Source: a virus
Taxonomy: Duplodnaviria; Heunggongvirae; Uroviricota; Caudoviricetes
Length of the DNA: 43,490 nt
IMG/VR virus record: IMGVR_UViG_2778261673_000008
Location: 1 to 43,490 of that record
Strand: one strand, 5' to 3'
Shown: one piece after another, positions 17,036-26,539 of the stretch
How positions within the stretch are numbered: the stretch's first letter is position 1
Layout of the letters: every line of letters starts with the position of its first letter
Program-made: the position numbers and the translations under genes
The notes under the pieces: generated by a model
What the model saw: only the letters and a program-made list of their open reading frames with translations
The model's database searches: none
Told to the model about the DNA's origin: nothing

Positions 17036-17731
17036 ATGAATTTATTTGAGCGTTTGCTGTATCGCCGTCTTTGCAATGAGCAACCAGTCGATGGTGGTGC
17101 AGCTCCGGCTGCGTCAGAACCGTCAGCGCCTGCAGGTGATAACCCTGCTCCAGTTGGTGATCCATCACAACAGGAAGGTGATAAGCCACAACCTGTTGCT
17201 GATGGCGATAAACCTGCTGATGACAAAAAGCCTGAAAACGATAAGCAGGATGAAAAAAAGGACGGCGATAAATCAGAGGGTGCGCCTGAGAAGTACGAGT
17301 TTCAGGCAGCCGAAGGCGTAGAGCTGGATACAGAAGCGTTGAAGGAATTCGAGCCGGTGGCGCGAGAACTTAACCTGACCAACGAGCAAGCGCAAAAGCT
17401 GGTTGATGCTTATCCGAAGATTCTGGCAGGTGTTCAGCAGCGCCAGGCAGAAGCCTGGCAGAAAACAACCGAGCAGTGGGCTGCGGATGTAAAAGCTGAC
17501 AAAGAAATCGGTGGCGACAAGTTGATTTCTAACCTTAGCGCCGCACAGCGTGCGCTTGACCAGTTCGGGACACCTGAACTCAAAGAATATCTGAACACCA
17601 CCGGGCTGGGTAATCACCCTGATCTGGTCAAAACGTTCGTGAAAATCGGAAAGGCGATGTCTGAAGATGGCATGGTCACCGGTGGTAATGAAGGCCAGCG
17701 TAGTGCGGCCGAAGTGCTCTATGGCAAATAA
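17036..17731 (+). CDS. Putative scaffolding protein
   Basis: Acidic, low-complexity N-terminus, helical C-terminus; between portal and major capsid genes; GGAG RBS before ATG 17036. Confidence 0.5.
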   Translation: MNLFERLLYRRLCNEQPVDGGAAPAASEPSAPAGDNPAPVGDPSQQEGDKPQPVADGDKPADDKKPENDKQDEKKDGDKSEGAPEKYEFQAAEGVELDTEALKEFEPVARELNLTNEQAQKLVDAYPKILAGVQQRQAEAWQKTTEQWAADVKADKEIGGDKLISNLSAAQRALDQFGTPELKEYLNTTGLGNHPDLVKTFVKIGKAMSEDGMVTGGNEGQRSAAEVLYGK

Positions 17732-17745
17732 GAGAGGAAATGACA

Positions 17746-18732
17746 ATGGCTGTTAAAGGCTTAACTGCGCTAACGCTGGCTGACTGGGGTAAGCGCGTCG
17801 ATCCAAACGGGAAAGTCGATAAGATTATCGAGCTTCTCGGTCAAACTAACCCGATCCTTCAGGATATGCCTTTTGTCGAAGGGAACCTTCCTACCGGACA
17901 CCGAACCACCATTCGTTCTGGTTTACCTTCAGCTACCTGGCGTTTGCTGAACTATGGCGTACAGCCAAGCAAATCAACCACAGTGCAGGTAACCGATTCC
18001 GTTGGCATGCTGGAAACCTATGCGGAAGTCGATAAGTCACTGGCTGATCTGAACGGCAATACCGCCGAATTCCGCCTGTCTGAAGACCGCGCATTTATTG
18101 AAGCGATGAATCAGCAGATGGCGCAGACGCTGTTTTATGGTGATTCCAGCGTTAACCCTCAGCAGTTTATGGGACTGTCCTCCCGCTATTCCAGCCTGTC
18201 TGCGGGTAATGCTCAGAACATCATTGATGCTGGTGGCACGGGTACAGATAACACCTCAATCTGGTTAGTGGTGTGGGGCGAAAACACCGTGCATGGCATC
18301 TTCCCGAAAGGGCAGAAGGCTGGCATCCAGATGGAAGATAAAGGCCAGGTGACACTGGAAGATGCTAATGGCGGCAAGTACGAAGGCTATCGCACCCATT
18401 ACAAATGGGATAACGGACTTGCTCTGCGTGACTGGCGTTATGTTGTTCGCATTGCAAACATCGATGTCAGCAATCTTTCAGAACCATCCTCTGCCGCAAA
18501 TATTGCGAAGTTGATGGTTAAAGCACTACATCGCATTCCAAACCGTGGCATGGGCCGCCCGGTGTTCTACATGAACCGCACTGTAGGCCAGGCTCTTGAT
18601 CTGCAGTCTCTGGAGAAAACATCTCTGGCTATCAGCGTAAAAGAGACAGAAGGCGAGTGGTGGACTTCATTCCGTGGTGTACCAATCCGTGAAACTGATG
18701 CGCTTCTGGAAACAGAAGCCCGCGTGGTGTAA
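17746..18732 (+). CDS. Major capsid protein
   Basis: 329 aa at the canonical position after the scaffold; start at second ATG (better RBS spacing). Confidence 0.7.
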   Translation: MAVKGLTALTLADWGKRVDPNGKVDKIIELLGQTNPILQDMPFVEGNLPTGHRTTIRSGLPSATWRLLNYGVQPSKSTTVQVTDSVGMLETYAEVDKSLADLNGNTAEFRLSEDRAFIEAMNQQMAQTLFYGDSSVNPQQFMGLSSRYSSLSAGNAQNIIDAGGTGTDNTSIWLVVWGENTVHGIFPKGQKAGIQMEDKGQVTLEDANGGKYEGYRTHYKWDNGLALRDWRYVVRIANIDVSNLSEPSSAANIAKLMVKALHRIPNRGMGRPVFYMNRTVGQALDLQSLEKTSLAISVKETEGEWWTSFRGVPIRETDALLETEARVV

Positions 18733-18783
18733 CGCCTGTTATTAACCTGTGGGTCGTAACAGACCCACTAATGGAGAAAGAAG

Positions 18784-19221
18784 ATGATCACCGACAAACT
18801 GTTGATGTTCTCCGAAGCTCAGGCGGTTACGAATACCGCGGCTTCTACTGACGTAATCGATCTCGGTCCAATTGACGGAAAACGTCGTGATATCGGCGTG
18901 GGTTACCCGCTTGAGTTTTGGGCGCTGGTTAACACAGCCGCCGCGGCAAGCGGTGATGCAACTGTAAACATCCAGTTGCAGACGAGTGAGAATAACACCT
19001 CATGGACCACTATTTATGATAGTGGCGCACTGGCAAAGACCGCCCTGACAGCAGGTAAACGAGTTGTTTCTGCAAAGGTGCCTGCCGGTGTTCAGCGATA
19101 TCTGCGTGTTAACTACTCCGTCGCAACTGGCCCACTAACGGCTGGCGAATTCACTGCTGGTATCAGTCTTGATGTTGATGCCAATACGCCGTATCCGATC
19201 CGCTCAAAAGTAACTGGTTAA
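18784..19221 (+). CDS. Hypothetical structural protein (145 aa)
   Basis: Beta-rich sequence following the capsid gene; function not assignable. Confidence 0.4.
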   Translation: MITDKLLMFSEAQAVTNTAASTDVIDLGPIDGKRRDIGVGYPLEFWALVNTAAAASGDATVNIQLQTSENNTSWTTIYDSGALAKTALTAGKRVVSAKVPAGVQRYLRVNYSVATGPLTAGEFTAGISLDVDANTPYPIRSKVTG

Positions 19222-19231
19222 GGTGATATCG

Positions 19232-19567
19232 ATGTCAGGTGAGAAACCAAGATACCGCGTTCTGCGCCTCTCTCATATCCATAACACTCTGTGGCCGGAG
19301 GGGGCAGAAATCGAATACGAAGGTGAGCCTGGTAGCGCACTGGAACCTGTTAACGATGCAGCCAGACAGGCAAAAGCAAAAGTTGCAGGAAAGGTGTCAA
19401 TGGCAACAACCAGCACCAAAATCATCAACGATGTGTCAGATGATGGTGAACTGGATAAGCTCCGTGAAGAGTACGAATTGCTCTTTAACGAGAAGCCACA
19501 CCATAACGCCAAAGCCGAAACGCTCCGCGAGAAGATCGCAGATAAGCGTAAAGAACTGGGCGTGTAA
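19232..19567 (+). CDS. Hypothetical protein
   Basis: Start taken at MSGEKPRY (GGTGAT RBS); followed by a terminator. Confidence 0.4.
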   Translation: MSGEKPRYRVLRLSHIHNTLWPEGAEIEYEGEPGSALEPVNDAARQAKAKVAGKVSMATTSTKIINDVSDDGELDKLREEYELLFNEKPHHNAKAETLREKIADKRKELGV

Positions 19568-19585
19568 GCCTCGCGGATCAGACAA

Positions 19586-19606
19586 GGGGCTTCGGCCCCT
19601 TTATTG
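19586..19606 (+). terminator. Rho-independent terminator
   Basis: GGGGC-TTCG-GCCCC followed by TTTATT. Confidence 0.7.
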
Positions 19607-19617
19607 CAGGAGTGTAT

Positions 19618-19941
19618 ATGGAACTCGTAAACCTCAAAACCGGCACTGACAGCTACCAGGATGAGAGCGGAGAAACCAGAACTCGCGATGAATACCCGTG
19701 GGGGCTGTGCATCACTCTTAATAACGACACATTGAATAAGCTGAAGGCGCAACCTCAGGGCGTCGGAACAGAAGTGATGATAACTGCAAAGGCTGTTATT
19801 CGAGGCCTGTCTGCCAGAGAAACTGACGATGGGGTTAATCGCAGCGCCGATCTGCAGATCACTGATATGGCGATCGCTCCTGTTTCCGGGGATGTAGAAA
19901 AATCAGCGGCTGAAACCCTGTACGGCAATGGGGGTGAGTAA
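19618..19941 (+). CDS. Hypothetical protein (107 aa)
   Basis: AGGAG RBS before ATG 19618. Confidence 0.4.
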   Translation: MELVNLKTGTDSYQDESGETRTRDEYPWGLCITLNNDTLNKLKAQPQGVGTEVMITAKAVIRGLSARETDDGVNRSADLQITDMAIAPVSGDVEKSAAETLYGNGGE

Positions 19942-20546
19942 TGGCCTCTGTAGTAGAGATCTGCAATCGTGCGCTGTCCAATATTGGCAATAGCCGCAGC
20001 ATTAACAGCCTGACGGAAGCCAGCAAGGAAGCGGGGGAATGTTCGCTGCACTTTGAGGCCTGCCGTGATGCTGTGCTTTCTGATTTTGACTGGAACTTTG
20101 CTACCAAACGCGTGGCGCTTGCAGATACGAACAATCCACCGCCTGACTGGGAATATGCGTACCAGTACCCGTCCGATTGTCTGCGCATTACTGAAATTAT
20201 GCTTCCTGGTGTACGCAATCCAACAGCAGCAATGCGCGTTCAGTACGAAGTTGGTGCAGACACCAACGGAACAGGAAAATTGATCTATACAGACCAGCCG
20301 CAGGCATGGCTCAAGTATGTCTCTCGCGTTTCAGATGTGAACATGTTTGATGCCATTTTTATGGAGGCGCTGGCCTGGCGTCTTGCGGCAGCCATTAACA
20401 TGGCGCTGACTGGGAATGCGGATCTCGGTACATTTGCTCTCAATATGTACAATCGCGTGATTCTTAGTGCTGGTTCGCATAGCCAGAATGAATCACAGGA
20501 ACCACAGCCACCGGTTGACGAGTTTACCATTGCGAGGTTGTCCTGA
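19941..20546 (+). CDS. Tail tubular protein A-like (T7 gp11-like position)
   Basis: 201 aa directly preceding an 823-aa protein; assigned by size and synteny. Confidence 0.5.
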   Translation: MASVVEICNRALSNIGNSRSINSLTEASKEAGECSLHFEACRDAVLSDFDWNFATKRVALADTNNPPPDWEYAYQYPSDCLRITEIMLPGVRNPTAAMRVQYEVGADTNGTGKLIYTDQPQAWLKYVSRVSDVNMFDAIFMEALAWRLAAAINMALTGNADLGTFALNMYNRVILSAGSHSQNESQEPQPPVDEFTIARLS

Positions 20547-23017
20547 TGGCTATCAGTTGGATCCAGCCCAGCTTTGCCGGTGGTGAGATTGGACCGTCGT
20601 TGTACGGTCGTATCGACATGGCGAAGTACCAGGTGGCATTGCGCAAGTGCGATAACTTTATCGTGCGGCAGTATGGCGGCGTTGAGAATCGACCTGGTAC
20701 GCGTTTTGTCGGTGCCGCCAAATACCCAAATCGGAAATGCCGCCTGATACCGTTCCAGTTCTCGACGGTTCAGACTTATGCTCTGGAGTTCGGACACCAG
20801 TACATGCGCGTTATCAAAGATGGTGCGTTGGTGCTGAACAGCAGCAATGTTATTTATGAAATTGCCACGCCATATACTGAAGCCGATCTGTTCCGAATTA
20901 AATTCACGCAAAGCGCAGACGTGCTTACGCTTGTTCATCCGGCATACCCGCCGAAAGAGTTGCGTCGCTATGCGCATGACAACTGGCAACTGGTTGATGT
21001 GGTAACGAAGAACGGACCATTTGAAGATATCAATATTGACGAGTCAGTGACGGTTTATGCCAGCGCCAGCACCGGGACAATTACGTTAACGGCAAGCGCC
21101 TCTATTTTTGGCGCGGAGCAGGTAGGCAAATTGTTCTATCTGGAACAGCCTGCAGTGGATTCAGTGCCGGTATGGGAAACCAGTAAGAGTACGTCGATTG
21201 GCGATATTCGCCGTGCAGACAGTAACTACTATCGCGCCGTTACAGCAGGCAAAACAGGTACTTTGCGCCCTTCGCATACAGAAGGCACATCATGGGATGG
21301 CTGGGGCGGATCCGGTGATGATGATACTGGTATTGAGTGGGAATATCTGCACAGTGGTTTTGGCATTGCCCGTATCACTGCTGCAAATGGAACTACTGCA
21401 ACTGCCGAGGTGATTTCCTATATCCCTTCGCAGGTCGTTGGCGAGGATAATGCCAGCTATAAATGGGCTAAATATGCCTGGAACAGTGTTAATGGTTATC
21501 CTGGCACTGTTGTTTATTATCAACAACGTCTTTACTTCGCCGCATCGACTGCGTTCCCTCAGACTATCTGGGCCAGCCGTACCGGGGATTATAAGGATTT
21601 TGGCAAAAGCAATCCTACGCAGGATGACGACAGAATTATCTACACCTATGCCGGGCGTCAGGTTAATGAGATCCGCCACCTGATTGATGTTGGTTCGCTG
21701 GTGGCGCTGACTTCCGGAGGTGAGTACGTCATCACCGGAGACCAGAACAAAGTGTTAACCCCATCATCATTTGCATTCAGCTCTCAGGGATCAAATGGCT
21801 CGAGCAATGTCCCACCAATTGCCGTGGCGAATATTGCTCTGTTCGTCCAGGAGAAAGGCAGTGTTGTCCGTGATCTGGCCTACTCATTCGATGTTGACGG
21901 CTATCAGGGGAACGACCTGACCATCCTTGCCAATCATCTTTTTCAGAAGCACAGCATTGTTGACTGGTGCTTCTCTATTGTCCCTTACTCCAGCGCCTTC
22001 TGCATTCGTGATGACGGTAAATTACTGGTGATGACCTATTTGCGTGATCAGCAGGTTTTTGCATGGGCACCACAATCCAGTACCGGAAAATATGAAAGCA
22101 CATGCAGTATCAGCGAAGGCAATGAAGATGCGGTGTATTTCGTCGTTAACCGAACCGTTAACGGGCAAACAGTGAGATACATCGAGCGACTGTCCAGCCG
22201 TTTATTTACCAGCGATGAAGATGCTTTCTTTGTTGATTCTGGCCTTAGCTATGATGGAAGAAATACGTCTGACAGAACGATGATCATCACTGGTGGTTCT
22301 GGCGAATGGGATTACCGCGAGGAATATACAATCAGTGTTTCTGGTGGTGCGTACTTCACCAGTAGTGATGTCGGTGCGCAACTACAGTTCCCTTATACCG
22401 GAACTGATCCTGGTACTGGCGATGAAGTGTCAAAAGAATTACGTTGCGACATTATTTCTGTAACCAGCAACACCGCTGTAGTGGTTCGTGCTAACAGGAA
22501 CGTCCCGCCATCCCTCAGGAATGTGGCCACCACGAACTGGCAGATGGCGCGCCGGACATTTGGAGGCCTGTCTCATCTTGAAGGCCAGACCGTAAACATT
22601 CTCTCTGATGCGAACGTGGAACCACAGAAAGTAGTTTCCGGAGGTGCCGTCACGCTGGAATCTCCGGGGGCTGTAGTGCACATCGGCCTGCCAATAACTG
22701 CTGAATTCGAAACACTGGATATCAACATTAACGGACAGGAAACGCTGCTGGACAAAAAACAGGTGATCCCGTCCGTTACTCTGGTTGTGAATGCCAGTCG
22801 CGGCATCTGGGCGACTACGCCCGGCGGTAAATGGTACGAATATCCACAGCGTGAATTCGAGTTCTACGATGATCCTGTTGATGACGCTACCGGAAAAGTA
22901 GAAGTGAAACTGGACAGTAACTGGGGCAAAAACGGACGTGTAAGAATCCGTCAGCTTGACCCGTTGCCGCTGTCTGTTCTTGCCGTTATTCCTCGTCTTA
23001 CTGTTGGGGGATTCTGA
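20546..23017 (+). CDS. Tail tubular protein B-like (T7 gp12-like)
   Basis: 823 aa; assigned by size and position. Confidence 0.6.
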   Translation: MAISWIQPSFAGGEIGPSLYGRIDMAKYQVALRKCDNFIVRQYGGVENRPGTRFVGAAKYPNRKCRLIPFQFSTVQTYALEFGHQYMRVIKDGALVLNSSNVIYEIATPYTEADLFRIKFTQSADVLTLVHPAYPPKELRRYAHDNWQLVDVVTKNGPFEDINIDESVTVYASASTGTITLTASASIFGAEQVGKLFYLEQPAVDSVPVWETSKSTSIGDIRRADSNYYRAVTAGKTGTLRPSHTEGTSWDGWGGSGDDDTGIEWEYLHSGFGIARITAANGTTATAEVISYIPSQVVGEDNASYKWAKYAWNSVNGYPGTVVYYQQRLYFAASTAFPQTIWASRTGDYKDFGKSNPTQDDDRIIYTYAGRQVNEIRHLIDVGSLVALTSGGEYVITGDQNKVLTPSSFAFSSQGSNGSSNVPPIAVANIALFVQEKGSVVRDLAYSFDVDGYQGNDLTILANHLFQKHSIVDWCFSIVPYSSAFCIRDDGKLLVMTYLRDQQVFAWAPQSSTGKYESTCSISEGNEDAVYFVVNRTVNGQTVRYIERLSSRLFTSDEDAFFVDSGLSYDGRNTSDRTMIITGGSGEWDYREEYTISVSGGAYFTSSDVGAQLQFPYTGTDPGTGDEVSKELRCDIISVTSNTAVVVRANRNVPPSLRNVATTNWQMARRTFGGLSHLEGQTVNILSDANVEPQKVVSGGAVTLESPGAVVHIGLPITAEFETLDININGQETLLDKKQVIPSVTLVVNASRGIWATTPGGKWYEYPQREFEFYDDPVDDATGKVEVKLDSNWGKNGRVRIRQLDPLPLSVLAVIPRLTVGGF

Positions 23018-23481
23018 TGATCGATGTTCGAATTATTCCCGCCACCGAAGAGCATCTTCAGATGATTTTGCCGGATGTTCGTCAGGCTGATATTGACGAA
23101 CTGTATGCGGTATCGCTGATGACTACCGAAGATGCGCTGCGTGTTGGTCTTCGCACTGCGACTATGGCCTGGTCAGGATTTGCGAACGGAGAACTGGTAA
23201 CCATGTTTGGTGTATCTCCGGCGTCAATGATCGGTGGCAATGGTACGCCCTGGCTGGTCGGGACCAGCCGTATTGAAAAATATCAGAAGACATTTCTTCG
23301 CCACTGCCGCCCTGTATTGCAGCAGATGCTGGCAGTTTATCCGCTCCTGGAAAACTACGTCGACGAGCGCAACCATGTTGCCAAAGCATGGCTGCACTGG
23401 CTTGGATTCAGGCTTGAAGAAGCCGCGCCTTATGGTGCTCTTGGTCTTAATTTCCACAGATTTCACATGGAGAGAAAATAA
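23017..23481 (+). CDS. Hypothetical virion-associated protein (154 aa)
   Basis: ORF coupled to the tail tube gene; gp13-like position. Confidence 0.4.
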   Translation: MIDVRIIPATEEHLQMILPDVRQADIDELYAVSLMTTEDALRVGLRTATMAWSGFANGELVTMFGVSPASMIGGNGTPWLVGTSRIEKYQKTFLRHCRPVLQQMLAVYPLLENYVDERNHVAKAWLHWLGFRLEEAAPYGALGLNFHRFHMERK

Positions 23482-24026
23482 TGTGCGATCCGGTTATTGC
23501 TGGTGGCGCAATGCTCGCCATGAGTGGCATTCAGGCATACACCCAGTACCAACAGGGAAAGTATGCCTCGAAGGTTGCAGAAGCGAACGCAGATATAGCC
23601 ACAGCTCAGGCAAATGATGCAATAAACAGAGGTAACGCTGAAGCTGAGCAACGGCGCAGAGAGACCCGACAGCGGCTTGGTACACAGGCGGCGACAATGG
23701 GGGCGACCGGCGCTGATTTATCTACAGGTAACGCGCTGGATATATTTGGTGACACTGCTCAGTTTGGCGCTCTTGATTCGCTAACGACGGTGAATAACGC
23801 GCAACGCGAGGCTTACGGTTATCAGGTTCAGGCTGCCAACTATAAAGCAGAAGCCAGTTCAGCCCGTAAACAGGGGAATGTGGGAGCAGCAACAACATTG
23901 CTCACTGCGCCTCTGAAGGCATACGGTGCGTACCAGATGCTTGGAGGGACATGGAGTCCGTTTACTCAAAGCACCCCTGCGCCAATCGGAGCAGCAGCAG
24001 GAACCAGATTACCCGGAGGATTATAA
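23481..24026 (+). CDS. Internal virion protein (gp14-like)
   Basis: 181 aa, Ala/Gln-rich, hydrophobic N-terminus; position before the large core proteins. Confidence 0.5.
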   Translation: MCDPVIAGGAMLAMSGIQAYTQYQQGKYASKVAEANADIATAQANDAINRGNAEAEQRRRETRQRLGTQAATMGATGADLSTGNALDIFGDTAQFGALDSLTTVNNAQREAYGYQVQAANYKAEASSARKQGNVGAATTLLTAPLKAYGAYQMLGGTWSPFTQSTPAPIGAAAGTRLPGGL

Positions 24027-26539
24027 TGCCAGTCGTACCAACAGTATCCGGACGTCAGGTTGAGAGCCGTGGAGTTCAGTCAGCAGGCTTGCAGACGTTT
24101 TCTCAGCCAGGTATTGGTGATGCTTTTGTTCGGGCAGGGGCAGAGGCAATTGATGTTTTGGGGCAGGCAAAACAGCGTGCCAATATTGCCTTGGCTCAGG
24201 AGGCATCTCTTAACCTCAGTCAGATAAGCAGTGATTTGCTGAATAATCCTGAAACAGGATTGCTTAACCTGAAAGGGAAAAATGCTATTGGAAAAGGCCA
24301 TGAGTATACGCAGCAGTTTGATGCTCAGGTCGAACAACTGGCTATGTCGCTGCCGGATGAACAGGCTCGTAATGCTTTCATGCAGCAGGCACAGCAGCAG
24401 CGCATTCAGTTCACTACGCAGGCCGGGCGGCACGAGATAGGGCAAATTAATGCCTACGAAGAAGGTCAGTTTCAGGCGACGCTGCTGAACAATGGTAAAA
24501 ATGCCGCAGCATTGTATGGCGACAATGCCGCATACGTATTGGCTAATAAGCAAACTTTCCAGCAAATTGAGGAGTACGGTGCTGCACATGGCTGGAGCGA
24601 CGAGCAAATACAGGCCAAGAAAATCGAGTTTAAAGAGAAGGTTGCTGATGCAGCATTGTCCCAGTGGTCGGCAAACAATGCGACCGCATTCATCCAAAGT
24701 AATGGCGAGTTAAGTGATACTGCTGCTGGAGCTCGCCGTGCTGTAACAGATAGTGGCTCTTCCGAGCGTGTCCGTGGCATACGCAACAATAACCCCGGAA
24801 ATCTCGAATACAGCAAAACTAATCCGTGGGTAGGCCAGACCGGTGATGATGGTAGATTTGCTAAATTCGAAACACCTGAACACGGGATTCGTGCATTAGG
24901 GCGGAACCTGATGTCGTATCAGCGGCAGGGTATTGATACCGTCAGCGAGATAATTAATCGCTGGGCACCGCCTACTGATAAAAATGACACTATGTCGTAT
25001 ATCAAAGCAGTGTGCGAACAACTTGGCGTTTCTGCTGATGAGCCTCTCGATGCATCAAATCCTGATACCCTGAAGGCGCTTTGTGCAGCCATTATCCATC
25101 ATGAGAACGGTAGCCAGCCATACAGTGATCAGCAGTTAACTGCTGGTGTCAGTGCAGCACTTGGTTTATCAACAATTCCAACCAACACCAAACGCTATAC
25201 CGGTAATGCAGCATTCGATGCGGCATCTCCTGAGGCTCAGGCAAGTTTTATGCGGCAGGCGGATCAACTGCGTCGGCAGCAGCAGGCTGAATATAAAACG
25301 ATGATTGACAGCCAGGTTCGCGATGCGACGGCTGCGTATATGCGTGGCGTTGAATTTCCTAACCCACCAGGTGAGGCTGATTTTATTGCAGCTTATGGCG
25401 TCAGAGAAGGAAACCTGCGATATACCGAGTTCAGAAATACGCAGATCGCTGGACAGTATATAGGCTCTTTCCGCAACATGCCGACAAGCAGCATTACCGC
25501 ATATGTTGAGCAATTACGCCCGGATACTGGTGAGACAGGAGAGGGTTATGCGTCTCGCGCAGCTCTTTATGACAACGTTGTTTCGGCTGCAAATCAGGTG
25601 ATAAAGCAGCGGCAGTCGGATCCTGTGCAGTTCTCTCTTGCCTCCGGACAGGCAAAGCCTATCGACATGAGCAATAAGGATAACTTTGGTCAGAGCGTTG
25701 CCTTGCGTGCCGCTCAGGTCAGTGACCTTGCTAAGTCATATGGCACTCCACTGACGTTCTTTTCCAAAGACGAGGCCAATCAGATCGGTGTTTTCTTTCG
25801 TGATGCTCCAGTTTCCCAACAGGCAGCATATCTCGATACCATCAGGCAGAGCACTGGTGGTGGGCAGGTGTATATGTCAGCACTACAGCAGATCAGTGCC
25901 AACGCTCCATCTGCTGCCGTTGCCGGGATACTGATGGACAAGCCTGGTGGTATTTTGGCAGAAAAAAACTGGTTTAATCCGGATGTTTCCGTGTCTCCTG
26001 AAACCGCTGCGCAGACAATTCTTGCTGGCGCGGCGGCTCGTAAAGGTACTGATGATGCGAAAGGTATTCCGATGCCTAAAGATGCTGATCTTCGCCTTGA
26101 GTTTTCTGACATGGTGAAGGATGCATTTGCTGGTGATGCTCAGGGGGCATCAATGGCATACGAGATCGCAAAGGACTATTACGCTGGTGTGATGGCGAAA
26201 AAAGGCGTGGTATCAGGCGAAATTGACACTGATATCTGGAAACAGGCTGTTAACGTAGCTACAGGTGGCGTGCATGACTATAACGGAATGGGGAATGTCC
26301 TTTTGCCGTGGGGAATGTCTGTAGAGCAATTCGATAAGCAGGTTAATCAGGCTTGGAATGAACAAGTTGTCGGCACCGGGATAAAAACACCGCCTGGTCA
26401 GTATGGTTTGCAAAGTTACGGCGATAGTCAGTACCTGGTGAAACTTGGTACTGGTTATCTGCTGAAAGATGATGGTTCTCCTGTTGTTCTTGATCTGACA
26501 CAGAAGCGTCAGAGATTCTCCGGAGATATTCCGCAATGA
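24026..26539 (+). CDS. Internal virion / ejection protein (837 aa)
   Basis: Start taken at MPVVPT after GGAGGA; conserved-looking block GIRNNNPGNLEYSKTNPWVGQTGDDGRFAKFETPEHG may be an enzymatic domain. Confidence 0.5.
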   Translation: MPVVPTVSGRQVESRGVQSAGLQTFSQPGIGDAFVRAGAEAIDVLGQAKQRANIALAQEASLNLSQISSDLLNNPETGLLNLKGKNAIGKGHEYTQQFDAQVEQLAMSLPDEQARNAFMQQAQQQRIQFTTQAGRHEIGQINAYEEGQFQATLLNNGKNAAALYGDNAAYVLANKQTFQQIEEYGAAHGWSDEQIQAKKIEFKEKVADAALSQWSANNATAFIQSNGELSDTAAGARRAVTDSGSSERVRGIRNNNPGNLEYSKTNPWVGQTGDDGRFAKFETPEHGIRALGRNLMSYQRQGIDTVSEIINRWAPPTDKNDTMSYIKAVCEQLGVSADEPLDASNPDTLKALCAAIIHHENGSQPYSDQQLTAGVSAALGLSTIPTNTKRYTGNAAFDAASPEAQASFMRQADQLRRQQQAEYKTMIDSQVRDATAAYMRGVEFPNPPGEADFIAAYGVREGNLRYTEFRNTQIAGQYIGSFRNMPTSSITAYVEQLRPDTGETGEGYASRAALYDNVVSAANQVIKQRQSDPVQFSLASGQAKPIDMSNKDNFGQSVALRAAQVSDLAKSYGTPLTFFSKDEANQIGVFFRDAPVSQQAAYLDTIRQSTGGGQVYMSALQQISANAPSAAVAGILMDKPGGILAEKNWFNPDVSVSPETAAQTILAGAAARKGTDDAKGIPMPKDADLRLEFSDMVKDAFAGDAQGASMAYEIAKDYYAGVMAKKGVVSGEIDTDIWKQAVNVATGGVHDYNGMGNVLLPWGMSVEQFDKQVNQAWNEQVVGTGIKTPPGQYGLQSYGDSQYLVKLGTGYLLKDDGSPVVLDLTQKRQRFSGDIPQ